NCBI GenBank assembly: GCA_965204755.1
Contig: OZ242011.1
Span: forward strand, 480,001 to 544,000
Direction of reading: 5' to 3'
DNA length: 64,000 nucleotides
DNA from: Candidatus Marinacidobacterium sp.
Lineage (GTDB): Bacteria; Acidobacteriota; Vicinamibacteria; Marinacidobacterales; Marinacidobacteraceae
This document shows positions 1 to 9,128 of the stretch, one piece after another (positions within the stretch are counted from its first letter, which is position 1; every line of letters begins with the position of its first letter). Below the pieces are notes generated by a model. The model saw only the letters and a list, made by a program, of their open reading frames with translations. It searched no databases and was not told the origin of the DNA. Position numbers and translations under genes: made by a program.

Positions 1-33
1 ACCATCCTTCCCAGCGAAGAGATCGCGGTTCGG

Positions 34-262
34 GGCTTCCGGGCAGGTCTCCTGACTCACGGAACGGACGCCGGTCCGCGGCGTCCCCGCCCGATCCCCC
101 CTTCCCCCCGGCTGGCAGCCGGGAGTGGGCGCCGCGCCCGCCGAAGCGGGGCGGCCCGGGTCGGGCCTCTCCGATCACAGTGGCGTGGGCCGTCCGGGAT
201 TTCCACCCGGTTCCCTCTTCGTCCGACCGCCGGTTGCCCCGGCCGCCGGAAACCTGGAAGCC
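34..262 (-). promoter_or_regulatory. Cobalamin (AdoCbl) riboswitch upstream of a gene starting at about position 5 and running off the left edge
   Basis: The minus strand reads AGGT...AAGAGGGAAcCGGGTGgAAATCCCGGACGGCCCaCGCCACTGTGA...CCACT...GGGAAGG...GAGTCAGGAGACCTGCC (B12 box). It is closed by a P1 stem GGCTTCC/GGAAGCC (262-256 with 40-34). A -10-like TATCCT lies at 289-284, and GGAAGG-ATG lies at 11-3. Confidence 0.92.
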
Positions 263-357
263 AGACTTGTGTTGGAAGCGCGGAGGATAACGCCGCCCCC
301 GGAGGCCGCCGCCCGGCCGGCCTGCGCCGCCGGAGGCTTCGCGTATCGTTCGCCTCC

Positions 358-1614
358 GTGGAAATCCCGGAGGCGCTGCGGCTCTCCGACCTCGACCTCC
401 GCGGGAAGCGGTTGCTCCTCCGCTGCGACCTGAATGTCCCCCTCGAGTCCGGGCGGGTCGCGGACGACTTCCGGATCCGGGCGGCGCTTCCGGGGATCCG
501 GGCCGCGCTGGAAGCCGGGGCGGCGGTGGTCGCGGCGACCCACCTGGGGCGGCCGAAAGGCCGGTTCGACGCCGCGCTGAGCGTCCGCCCGGTGGCGGAG
601 CGCCTCGCCGGGTTGCTCCCGGCGCCGGTGCGGTTCCGCCCCGAGCCGGTCCGCCCCGGCGCCCGCCCCGCGGGCCGCCGGCCGGAGGAGCCCGCGCCGG
701 GGGAGGCGCTCGTTCTGGAGAACCTGAGGTTCCACCCCGGCGAGGAGGCGAACGACCCGGACTTCGCCGCCGCGCTCGCGGCGTTCGGCGACGAGTACGC
801 GAACGACGCCTTCGGCGCGGCGCACCGGCGGCACGCCTCGGTGGACGCCTGCGCCCGCCGGTTCCCCCGCGCGGCGGGCGGGCCGCTGCTGGAGCGCGAA
901 GTCGCGGAACTCGGCGGCCTCCTGGGCTCGCCCCGCCGCCCGTTCGTCGCCGTCCTCGGCGGCGCGAAGATCTCGGACAAGGCCGCCGTGGTCGAGTCCC
1001 TCCTCGCGCGGGCCGACCGGGTGCTCCTCGGCGGGGCGATGGCCTACACCTTCCTCGCCGCCCGCGGCGTCCCCACCGGCCGATCCCTGGTGGAGCCGGA
1101 CCGCATCGCCGACGCCGCCCGGCTGCTGGCCCGCTGCGCCGATCGGCTCGAACTGCCGCTCGACCACCGCGCCGCCCCGGTTGACGGGTCGGCCGCCGGG
1201 GAGGAGCCCGCACCCTCGGTGTTCCCCGAAGCCGGCCTTCCCGGCGGCTGGAGGGGACTCGACATCGGCCCGGAGACCGCGGAGCGCTATGCCGCCGAAA
1301 TCGGGCGCGCGGCTACGGTTCTCTGGAACGGGCCGCTGGGACTCGCCGAGGATCCCCGTTTCGCCGGGGGCACGAACCGGATCGCCGCGGCGGTGGCCGA
1401 GGCCGCCGACCGGGGCGCGGCGACCGTCGTCGGCGGCGGGGACTCGCTCGCCGCTGTCCGCCGGGCCGGGTTCGCCGACCGGATCGGCCACCTCTCCACC
1501 GGCGGCGGCGCGGCGCTGGCCTTCCTCGCCGGCGAACCGCTCCCGGGCCTCGACGCCCTCGCCGGGAGCGGGCGCCGAACACCTCCAACCCCGCCCGAAA
1601 CACCGCCCGAATGA
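358..1614 (+). CDS. pgk: Phosphoglycerate kinase
   Basis: Motifs DLNVP, THLGRPKG, LENLRF, NDAFGAAHR.HAS, LGGAKISDK, WNGPLG, GGGDS and HLSTGGGA are present. GTG start. Confidence 0.97.
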   Translation: MEIPEALRLSDLDLRGKRLLLRCDLNVPLESGRVADDFRIRAALPGIRAALEAGAAVVAATHLGRPKGRFDAALSVRPVAERLAGLLPAPVRFRPEPVRPGARPAGRRPEEPAPGEALVLENLRFHPGEEANDPDFAAALAAFGDEYANDAFGAAHRRHASVDACARRFPRAAGGPLLEREVAELGGLLGSPRRPFVAVLGGAKISDKAAVVESLLARADRVLLGGAMAYTFLAARGVPTGRSLVEPDRIADAARLLARCADRLELPLDHRAAPVDGSAAGEEPAPSVFPEAGLPGGWRGLDIGPETAERYAAEIGRAATVLWNGPLGLAEDPRFAGGTNRIAAAVAEAADRGAATVVGGGDSLAAVRRAGFADRIGHLSTGGGAALAFLAGEPLPGLDALAGSGRRTPPTPPETPPE

Positions 1615-2474
1615 CCGAACCCTCCTCCGACTCCCCATCCGAGTCCCCCGCCCCGGAGCGCGCGCCCTTCGTCGTCGGCAACTGGAAGATGAACCTGAAC
1701 CCCCCGGAGGCCGCGGCGCTCGCCCGGGTGGTCGCCGGCCGCCTCCGCCGCGAAGTCTTCCCGCCCGAGCCGGGCGAGGAGGGAGACAGCGCGCTCGAAG
1801 TGGGGCTCGCCCCGGCGTTCCCGGCGCTGGCCTCGGTCCGCGACGGGCTCTACGGCAGTCCGCTGCGGCTGGTCGCGCAGGATGTCTTCCCGGAGCCGGA
1901 CGGCGCCTTCACCGGCGCGGTCTCGGCGACGATGGCAGCCGCCTGCGGCTGCTCGATGGCGCTCGTCGGCCACTCGGAGCGCCGCCGGGTCTTCGGCGAA
2001 ACCGACGAAGTGGTGAAGCGGAAGGCGGAAGCGGCCCTCGCCGCCGGCCTCGACCCGATCCTCTGCGTGGGCGAAACCGAGGCCCAACGGGACGCCGGCG
2101 AGGCGGAGGCCGCCGTGGCGGCGCAACTCCGCGCGGTGCTGGAGGGGGCGCCGGAAGCGGCGCGTCCCCGCTTCACCTTGGCCTACGAGCCGGTCTGGGC
2201 CATCGGGACCGGCCGGACGGCGACCCCGGAGACCGCCGCCGGGATGCATCGGGCGATCCGCGCCGAGGCGGCCCGCCACCTCGGGGAGGCCGCGGCGCAG
2301 GCGATCCGGATTCTTTACGGGGGCTCGGTCAGCGGCGATAATGCCGCCGCTCTCTTGGAGAGCCCCGATGTGGACGGCCTGCTCGTCGGCGGCGCGAGCC
2401 TGACGGCCGATTCCTTCCTCGCCATCTGCGCCGCCGCCGCCGGCGAGCCGCAGCCGCCGGACTCCCCCCGATGA
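1611..2474 (+). CDS. tpiA: Triosephosphate isomerase
   Basis: Motifs GNWKMN, GAFTG, GHSERR, AYEPVWAIGTG, YGGSV and LVGGASL. ATGA overlap with pgk. Confidence 0.97.
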   Translation: MTEPSSDSPSESPAPERAPFVVGNWKMNLNPPEAAALARVVAGRLRREVFPPEPGEEGDSALEVGLAPAFPALASVRDGLYGSPLRLVAQDVFPEPDGAFTGAVSATMAAACGCSMALVGHSERRRVFGETDEVVKRKAEAALAAGLDPILCVGETEAQRDAGEAEAAVAAQLRAVLEGAPEAARPRFTLAYEPVWAIGTGRTATPETAAGMHRAIRAEAARHLGEAAAQAIRILYGGSVSGDNAAALLESPDVDGLLVGGASLTADSFLAICAAAAGEPQPPDSPR

Positions 2475-2884
2475 CCATCCTCCTGACCGCCTTCCATGTG
2501 CTGGTCTGCGTCTTCCTCATCCTGGTGGTGCTGACCCAGCAGGGCAAGGGACAGGACCTGGCGAGCGCGTTCGGCGGCGCCGGAACGCAGGCGGCCTTCG
2601 GCGCGCGCGGCACCGCGACGCTGCTCACCCGCGTCACCGCCGGCGCGGCGGCCATCTTCATGATCACCTCGCTGCTGCTCGGCTACATCAGTTCCGAGTC
2701 CGGCGAGCAGTCGGTGGTCGGCCCCGGCGGCGTAGCCGCGCCGGCCCCCGACCCGGCGGGCGAAACCCCGACGGACGCCGAGGCGGAGGACGACGCGGCC
2801 GCCCCGGAGGGCGAAACGGACGCCGAAGACGCCGGCGCGGGCGAAGAGCCCGAACCGCCCGATCCCGAGCCCGAGCCCCGATAG
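2471..2884 (+). CDS. secG: Preprotein translocase subunit SecG
   Basis: Two transmembrane helices with a QQGKGQDLASAFGG loop and an acidic tail. Canonical position after tpiA, with ATGA overlap. Confidence 0.93.
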   Translation: MTILLTAFHVLVCVFLILVVLTQQGKGQDLASAFGGAGTQAAFGARGTATLLTRVTAGAAAIFMITSLLLGYISSESGEQSVVGPGGVAAPAPDPAGETPTDAEAEDDAAAPEGETDAEDAGAGEEPEPPDPEPEPR

Positions 2885-2968
2885 AGATACCCCGCGTCCC
2901 CGGGAGTCGACCCGGGGGCGCGTCCGGGCGGGGCAAGTCGTCCCGCTCGGAGACCTTCGTCCGCTGGC

Positions 2969-3010
2969 GTGCTGTATGGCCATATGTTAGAGTGTGCTGT
3001 ATGGCCAGCA
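2969..3010 (+). promoter_or_regulatory. Putative promoter/operator of the toxin-antitoxin pair
   Basis: A 14-bp direct repeat GTGCTGTATGGCCA (2969-2982 and 2994-3007) flanks a TAGAGT -10-like hexamer. Palindrome TATGGCCATA is also present. Confidence 0.5.
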
Positions 3011-3324
3011 TCACCAAGAAGTACACCTACTCCTTCGACCTCGACACCGCCGGCCGGGTCGAGGAACTCGCCGCGCACTGGGAGGTGTCCCGCACCGAGG
3101 CGCTGCGCCGCGCCATCCACACGGTCTCGAGCGCCGAGATGCCCCGCAACCGCGCGGCGCTCGAGGCGCTCCGCAGCCTCGCCCGCCACCCGCCGAGCCG
3201 GACCGACGAAGAAAGGGACGCCTGGTGCCGTGAAATCCGCCTCGAACGCGAGGCCTCCACCCGGAGGATGTTGGAGAAGGTGGGGGCGGCGATGGCGGCG
3301 CCGGACGAACCGGAAACGCCGTGA
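3001..3324 (+). CDS. Antitoxin, ribbon-helix-helix (CopG-like)
   Basis: N-terminal beta strand KKYTYSFD followed by a helix pair (VEELAAHWEVSRTEALRRAI). GTGA overlap with the PIN toxin. Confidence 0.75.
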   Translation: MASITKKYTYSFDLDTAGRVEELAAHWEVSRTEALRRAIHTVSSAEMPRNRAALEALRSLARHPPSRTDEERDAWCREIRLEREASTRRMLEKVGAAMAAPDEPETP

Positions 3325-3728
3325 GGATCCACCTCGATACGAGTTTCCTGATCCAGGCATTGGAACCGGGTCATCGGAAGTACTCGCAACTCGAACACTG
3401 GCTTCTCGACGGTGTGGAAATCGAGGTCAGCGCCGTGGCTTGGGCCGAATTCTCGTGCGGACCCGTCACGGAAGCCGAGTGGCAGGCCGCCCGGCGCATC
3501 CTGCGACAACCCATCTCCATGACCGTCCGTGACGCCGAGGAAGCCGCCCGGCTCTTCAACCTCGCCGGCCGCCGCCGGGGATCGCTCGCCGACTGCATCA
3601 TCGCCGCCATGGCGATTCGGGCGGGCGCCCTCCTGGCCACCGTGGACATCGCCGACTTCCGCCGTTTCGAGGCCGCAGGACTCGAGATCGCCCCAAGCAG
3701 CGAGTCGCCCGCGGGGGCAGGCGAGTAA
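3321..3728 (+). CDS. vapC: PIN-domain (VapC-like) ribonuclease toxin
   Basis: 135 aa with the PIN acidic residues in IHLDTSFLI...WAEF...SLADCIIAAMA...LATVDIADF. Confidence 0.88.
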   Translation: MRIHLDTSFLIQALEPGHRKYSQLEHWLLDGVEIEVSAVAWAEFSCGPVTEAEWQAARRILRQPISMTVRDAEEAARLFNLAGRRRGSLADCIIAAMAIRAGALLATVDIADFRRFEAAGLEIAPSSESPAGAGE

Positions 3729-3969
3729 CGCCGGGAAGCCCCGGGAGGTCCGCTGCCGGAGGATCCCCGACCGACCCCGAGGGTGCCCGACCGCCCGAGA
3801 CGACCTCCGCCGGTGGGAGGTCAGATCGAGAAACCCGGTTCGACCGATCGCCGGGTTCTGTCCGCCCGTGGAGTCGGCGGGAGAGCGCCCCGCCGGGGAC
3901 CCGGCGGGGACTTCCTGCCTCCAGGTAGAACGGCGAAGCCGGGGCGTTCTTCGCGCGGGCCGCTGACGG

Positions 3970-4055
3970 TGGTGCCGAAGGGGGGACTCGAACCCCCACG
4001 GGAGTGATCCCATACGCCCCTCAAGCGCACGTGTCTTCCATTCCACCACTTCGGC
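3970..4055 (-). tRNA. tRNA-Leu(GAG)
   Basis: The minus strand reads GCCGAAG...TGGAATGGAAGACAC...TGCGC-TTGAGGG-GCGTA, then a long variable arm, GGTTCGAGTCCC, CTTCGGC-A-CCA. A TATAAT lies upstream at about 4104-4099. Confidence 0.95.
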
Positions 4056-4137
4056 AGCCGCGTTCCTCCGCGCGCCGGCGGCCCCGGACGGGCGCGGGAT
4101 TATAGGGCGCGGGCCGGTCGGGCCCGGCGGCGGCCGC

Positions 4138-4872
4138 CTACCGGCCCCGGCGGGCGGTGAGCAGGTGGTGCGGCGTCCCCTCGTCGTCCTCGACCCGTTC
4201 GACGGCGGAATCGGTGAACCCCAGACCCTCGAGCCACTCCAGGACCCGCGGGCTCCCGGCATGCACCGGATCCACGGTCTCCTCCTCGTGGTGGAAGCGG
4301 GTGTGGCGATGGTCCTCGGAGAACACCTCGTCCACCAGCAGCAGCCGGCCCCCCGGCGCGAGGACGCGCCGGACCTCCCGGAGCCCGGCCTCCGGGTCCG
4401 CCCAGTGGTGGAACGCGTTCACCGAGACGACCAGGTTCGCCCGTCCGTCCGGCGCCGGCAGGCGTTCCGCCGCGCCCCGGCGCGCCCGCACCCGGAGGCC
4501 CGACCGCAGCGCCCGCCACCGGGTGGTCAGCACGAACGGCCAGCCGGGATCCACCGCCAGCACCTCGACGCCCGGCGCCGCCGCGGCGAGCAGCGCCGCC
4601 GACTCCCCCGGGCCGCAGCCGATGTCCACGACGCGGTCGCCGGCCTCGACCCCGGCGCGGGCCACCGCCATCCGGTTCCACGCCCCGTGGTAGTGCCGGA
4701 CGGCGTAGCCGATCGCGGCGGTGGGGCGGAAGGACTTCCACCAGGGGCGGCGGCCGCCGCGGCGGCGGGCGTTCTTCGCGCGGTCTCGGGGTCCGGGCAC
4801 GGGCCGGAGAACAGTACGCGCAACCGCAGCCGGCCGGGGCGGCGGCGGGCCTGCGGGTATCGTTTCCACCAT
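4138..4872 (-). CDS. Class I SAM-dependent methyltransferase
   Basis: Motifs VVDIGCGPG, AVD, GAAERLP and FHHWADPEAGLREVRRVLAPGG. The start is uncertain; ATG 4872 was chosen because the longer ORF overlaps the HDAC gene. Confidence 0.8.
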   Translation of the reverse strand: MVETIPAGPPPPRPAAVARTVLRPVPGPRDRAKNARRRGGRRPWWKSFRPTAAIGYAVRHYHGAWNRMAVARAGVEAGDRVVDIGCGPGESAALLAAAAPGVEVLAVDPGWPFVLTTRWRALRSGLRVRARRGAAERLPAPDGRANLVVSVNAFHHWADPEAGLREVRRVLAPGGRLLLVDEVFSEDHRHTRFHHEEETVDPVHAGSPRVLEWLEGLGFTDSAVERVEDDEGTPHHLLTARRGR

Positions 4873-4876
4873 GCCC

Positions 4877-4920
4877 GAAACCCCTCGGAAACCCGCTTGG
4901 AAACCCCCCCGGAAACCCCC
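4877..4920. repeat. Four GAAACCC units at 11-12 bp period in a divergent intergenic gap
   Basis: GAAACCC occurs at 4877, 4888, 4900 and 4912. Confidence 0.6.
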
Positions 4921-4926
4921 GGCAGC

Positions 4927-5820
4927 GTGAGCACCGGACTGGTGTACCGCGAGGCGTTCCTGCGCCACCGCATCCGCCCGGGCCACCCGGAGTCCCCGGC
5001 GCGGCTGACCAGGATCCGGGAGGCGCTCGCCGCCGCCGGGCTCCTCGAGCAGTTGACGCCGGTGGAGAACTGGCCCGACCCGCTGGCGGCGATCCTCGGC
5101 CACCACCGGCGCGACCATGTGGACCGCATCCGGCGGATCCCGACCACCGGCGAGGTCGCGGAACTCGCGGTGGCCGGCGCCCTGGCCGCCGTCCGGGAAG
5201 TCTCCGCCGGAAGGCTGCGCAACGCCTTCTGCGCGATCCGTCCTCCCGGCCACCACGCGAACGACGCCGGCGAGGAGGAGGGGTTCTGCTTCTTCTCGAA
5301 CGCCGCGGTCGCGGCGAAGTACGCGCAGCGGGAATGCGGCCACGAACGCGTCCTGGTCGTGGACTGGGACTACCACCACGGGAACGGCACCCAGAACGCG
5401 TTCTACGACGACCCGAGCGTCCTGTTCTTCTCCACCCACAACCGGCACGACTATCCGGGCACCGGCGACCCGGCGATGACCGGCGCCGGCGAGGGCAGCG
5501 GAACGAACCTGAATGTCCACCTCGGCCCCGGCGCCACCGACCGCGACCTGCTGTCGTCCTGGGACCGCGCGCTGCTTCCCGCGGTCGAGCGGTTCCGCCC
5601 CGACTTCGTCCTGGTTTCCGCCGGTTTCGACAGCCGGCGCGACGACCTGCTGGGGACCTTCGAGGTGACCGACGACGCCTTCACCCGGATGACCCGGACG
5701 CTCATGGAAGTCGCCGACCACTACTGCGGCGGCCGGCTGGTCTCCCTGCTCGAAGGCGGCTACAACATCGACGGCCAGGCGCGCGCCGCCGCGGCGCATG
5801 TGGCCGCGCTGACCGACTGA
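4927..5820 (+). CDS. Histone deacetylase family (Zn-dependent deacylase)
   Basis: Motifs HPESPARL, RPPGHHA, GFCFFSN, VDWDYHHGNGTQ, SAGFD and LLEGGY. GTG start at 4927. Confidence 0.93.
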   Translation: MSTGLVYREAFLRHRIRPGHPESPARLTRIREALAAAGLLEQLTPVENWPDPLAAILGHHRRDHVDRIRRIPTTGEVAELAVAGALAAVREVSAGRLRNAFCAIRPPGHHANDAGEEEGFCFFSNAAVAAKYAQRECGHERVLVVDWDYHHGNGTQNAFYDDPSVLFFSTHNRHDYPGTGDPAMTGAGEGSGTNLNVHLGPGATDRDLLSSWDRALLPAVERFRPDFVLVSAGFDSRRDDLLGTFEVTDDAFTRMTRTLMEVADHYCGGRLVSLLEGGYNIDGQARAAAAHVAALTD

Positions 5821-5834
5821 AGGGGATTCCTCCG

Positions 5835-8800
5835 ATGCCGACGCTCCGCTCGCCGTCTTCTTCGCCGCCGGCCCTCGCCGCGGCGCTCCTCGTCCCGTTC
5901 GCCGCGGCGGCGGGTTTCGCGCAGGACCAAACGCCCGCGGTAACCGCCGAACTCCTTTCGGGGCTCGAGTGGCGCGGCATCGGCCCCGGCGCGCGGTCGG
6001 GCCGCGTCGCCGATGTGGCGGTGGACCCGACCGACCGCGCCACCTGGTACGCGGCGATCGCTTCCGGCGGCGCCTTCCGCACGAAGAACCGCGGCACCAC
6101 CTGGGAACCCATCTTCGAGGACTACCCGGTCTATTCCGTCGCGACCATCGTCATCGACCCGAAGAACCCGAATGTCCTGTGGCTCGGAACCGGCGAGAAC
6201 AACGGCCAGCGCTCCGTGGGTTACGGCAACGGCGTGTACCGGAGCCGCGACGCCGGCGACTCGTTCGAGCACCTGGGCCTTCCCGAGTCGGAACATATCG
6301 GCAAGATCGTCCTGGACCCGCGCGACAGCGAGACCGTCTATGTCGCGGCGCAGGGGCCGCTCTGGCGCGCCGGGGGCGACCGCGGCCTCTACAAGACCAC
6401 CGACGCCGGGAAAACCTGGGAACGCGTCCTCCACATCTCCGAGGACACCGGCATCAGCGATGCGGTGCTCGACCCCCGCGACCCGGACATCGTGTACGCC
6501 GCCTCCTGGCAGCGCCGCCGCCATACCGGGCTGCTCGTCGCCGGAGGCCCGGAAGGCGGGATCCACAAGTCCGAAGACGGCGGCGCCACCTGGCGGCGGC
6601 TGACGCGCGGCCTCCCCTCGCCGACCCGCCACGACATCGGCCGCATCGGGCTCGCCGTTTCACCGCACGACCCGGACATCCTCTACGCGCTCATCGCCGC
6701 CTCCGACGACGCGAGCGGCTTCTACCGCTCCACCGACCGGGGGGAGAGTTGGGAGAAGCGCAGCGACTACATCTGCGTGGACCCGCAGTACTACATGGAG
6801 ATCTTCCCCGACCCCCACCGGCCCGGGCGCGTCTATTCCATGGATGTGGTGACGCAGGTGACGGACGACGGGGGCAAGACCTTCCGCGGCGTCAACACCC
6901 GCTGGAAGCATGTGGACAACCACGACCTGGAGTTCGACCCCGACGACCCCGACTACCTGATGATGGCCTCCGACGGCGGCATCTACGAGAGTTGGGACCT
7001 CGGCGAACACTGGAAGTTCCACGCGAACCAGGACATCACCCAGTTCTACCGGGTGGGCATCGACAACGACTTCCCTTTCTACAATGTGTACGGCGGCACG
7101 CAGGACAACGCCACGCTGGGAGGGCCGTCGCGCACGGTGAATGTGCACGGCATCACGAACGCCGACTGGCTGGATGTGATCGGCGGGGACGGTTTCCAGG
7201 CGCGTGTGGATCCGGAGGATCCGAACATCGTCTATGCGCAGTTCCAGTACGCCGGGATCGCGCGGTTCGACCGGCGCACCGGCGAGCGCGTGGACATCCA
7301 GCCCCAGTCGGAGCCGGGGGATCCCCCGCTCAAGTGGAACTGGGATTCGCCGCTGCTGATTTCGCCGCACGACCCGGCGCGGCTCTACTTCGGGGCGAAC
7401 CGCCTCTACCGCAGCGACGACCGGGCGAACGGTTGGACGCCGATCAGCGGCGACCTCACCCGCGGGATCGCCCGTTCGGAACGGCCGGTCATGGGCCGGT
7501 CGTGGAGCGTGGACGCGGTCTGGCGCAATGTGTTCACTTCGACCTACGGCAACATGGTCGCTCTCGACGAATCGCCGCTGGTCGAAGGGCTCCTCTATAC
7601 CGGCATGGACGACGGGCTGATCCAGGTCAGCGGCGACGGCGGCCTCGAGTGGCGCGCGGTGGACCAAGTTCCCGGCGTGCCGCCGCTCACCTATGTGGCG
7701 GACCTCCATGCTTCGCGGCATCATGAAAACCGCGTCTACGGCGTCTTCAACAACCACAAGCAGGGCGACTTCCGCCCTTATGTGATGCGGAGCGACGACC
7801 GGGGCGTCACCTGGGAAGACATCACCGGCGACCTCCCCGAAGACCAACTCGCCTGGACGCTGGTCGAGGACCCGGGACAGGACGGCCTGTTGTTCCTGGG
7901 AACCGAGTTCGGGCTCTTCTTCACGAACGACGGCGGCGGGAAGTGGGTCCGGCTGAAGGGCGGCCTGCCGACGATCCCGGTGCGCGACCTGGAAATCCAG
8001 GCGCGGGAGAACGACCTGGTGGCGGCGACTTTCGGCCGCGGCTTCTACATCCTCGACGACTACACCCCGCTGCGCCACCTCTCGCCGGAGACACTCGCCG
8101 CGGAGGCCTTCGTCTTCCCGGTGAAGGATCCGTGGATGTATGTCGAGGCGAATCCGCTCGGCGGCGGCGAGAAGTCGCAGCGGGGCGACGCCTTCTTCAC
8201 CGCGCCCAATCCCCCGTTCGGCGCGGTCGTCACCTACTACCTGAAGAAACCGGTGCGCTCGCTGCGCGAAGAGCGGCGCGAGCGCGAACGCGCGAACGCG
8301 GCCGCCGGGGAACCCCTGCCCTATCCCGCCTGGGACGCGCTGCGGGCGGAAGACCGCGAGGAGGCCCCGGCGCTCTCCGTCGTGATCCGGGACGAGTCCG
8401 GCGGTTTCGTCCGGCGCATTCCCGCGCCGATGACCGCCGGCATCCACCGGGTGGCCTGGGACCTCCGGCACGCCGACCCGGCCGCTCCCGGCGCGGGCGG
8501 GCGCGGACGCCGGGGCGGCCCGCTGGCGATGCCGGGCCGTTACACCGCCGAACTGGCGCTTCGTTCCGGCGGAACTTCCCGGCGATTGACGGAGCCCGCG
8601 GGTTTCACGCCGAAACTCCTCGTCCGCGCCGGAGTCCCCGAGTCCGACGCCGCGGCGAGGGGCCGGTTCCAGGCCGAAGTCGCGGCTCTCTGGCGGCGCG
8701 TGCTGGGCGCGGCCGCGGCGCTCGGGGCGTCCGTCGAACGCGTGGAGGCGCTGCTCGCCGCCCTCGACCACTCCGGCGCGCCGGCGGAGATGCGCGAACG

Positions 8801-9107
8801 CGGCGCGGCGATCCGCAGCGGCCTGCTCGACCTGCGCGTCGAATTCTTCGGCGACGACAGCGTCCGTTCCCGCCGGGAAGCCGTCGCCCCCGGCATCCGC
8901 GACCGCCTCCAGCGCGTCGTCGGCGCCTTCTGGTCCACCGCCGACCCCACCCAAACCCACCGCCGCCAGGCGGAGATCGCCCGCGAACAATTCGAACCGG
9001 CGAACGCGGCGCTCATCCGACTGGTCGAAGAAGACTTGGCCGCCCTCGAAGCCGAAGCCGACGCCGCGGGCGTCCCCTGGACCCCGGGCCGCCGCCTGCC
9101 CCGGTAG
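5835..9107 (+). CDS. Secreted BNR/Asp-box (VPS10/sortilin-like beta-propeller) glycosyl-hydrolase-like protein, about 1090 aa
   Basis: Signal peptide (ALAAALLVPFAAAAGFA), WRGIGP..SGR, many S/TxDxGxTW Asp boxes, GGTQDN, WDSPLLISPHD and a helical C-terminus. Confidence 0.88.
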   Translation: MPTLRSPSSSPPALAAALLVPFAAAAGFAQDQTPAVTAELLSGLEWRGIGPGARSGRVADVAVDPTDRATWYAAIASGGAFRTKNRGTTWEPIFEDYPVYSVATIVIDPKNPNVLWLGTGENNGQRSVGYGNGVYRSRDAGDSFEHLGLPESEHIGKIVLDPRDSETVYVAAQGPLWRAGGDRGLYKTTDAGKTWERVLHISEDTGISDAVLDPRDPDIVYAASWQRRRHTGLLVAGGPEGGIHKSEDGGATWRRLTRGLPSPTRHDIGRIGLAVSPHDPDILYALIAASDDASGFYRSTDRGESWEKRSDYICVDPQYYMEIFPDPHRPGRVYSMDVVTQVTDDGGKTFRGVNTRWKHVDNHDLEFDPDDPDYLMMASDGGIYESWDLGEHWKFHANQDITQFYRVGIDNDFPFYNVYGGTQDNATLGGPSRTVNVHGITNADWLDVIGGDGFQARVDPEDPNIVYAQFQYAGIARFDRRTGERVDIQPQSEPGDPPLKWNWDSPLLISPHDPARLYFGANRLYRSDDRANGWTPISGDLTRGIARSERPVMGRSWSVDAVWRNVFTSTYGNMVALDESPLVEGLLYTGMDDGLIQVSGDGGLEWRAVDQVPGVPPLTYVADLHASRHHENRVYGVFNNHKQGDFRPYVMRSDDRGVTWEDITGDLPEDQLAWTLVEDPGQDGLLFLGTEFGLFFTNDGGGKWVRLKGGLPTIPVRDLEIQARENDLVAATFGRGFYILDDYTPLRHLSPETLAAEAFVFPVKDPWMYVEANPLGGGEKSQRGDAFFTAPNPPFGAVVTYYLKKPVRSLREERRERERANAAAGEPLPYPAWDALRAEDREEAPALSVVIRDESGGFVRRIPAPMTAGIHRVAWDLRHADPAAPGAGGRGRRGGPLAMPGRYTAELALRSGGTSRRLTEPAGFTPKLLVRAGVPESDAAARGRFQAEVAALWRRVLGAAAALGASVERVEALLAALDHSGAPAEMRERGAAIRSGLLDLRVEFFGDDSVRSRREAVAPGIRDRLQRVVGAFWSTADPTQTHRRQAEIAREQFEPANAALIRLVEEDLAALEAEADAAGVPWTPGRRLPR

Positions 9108-9128
9108 TCTCCGGGCGAGTCCGCCGCC

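Noticed and set aside
4138-5834. ORF-track N-terminal extensions (553-aa methyltransferase, 551-aa HDAC, 1257-aa BNR; likewise the extended efp, ribE, endonuclease, DUF1640 copy 3 and AAA copy 2 ORFs)
   Set aside because: The extensions overlap neighbouring genes, and family motifs begin only at the internal starts reported.
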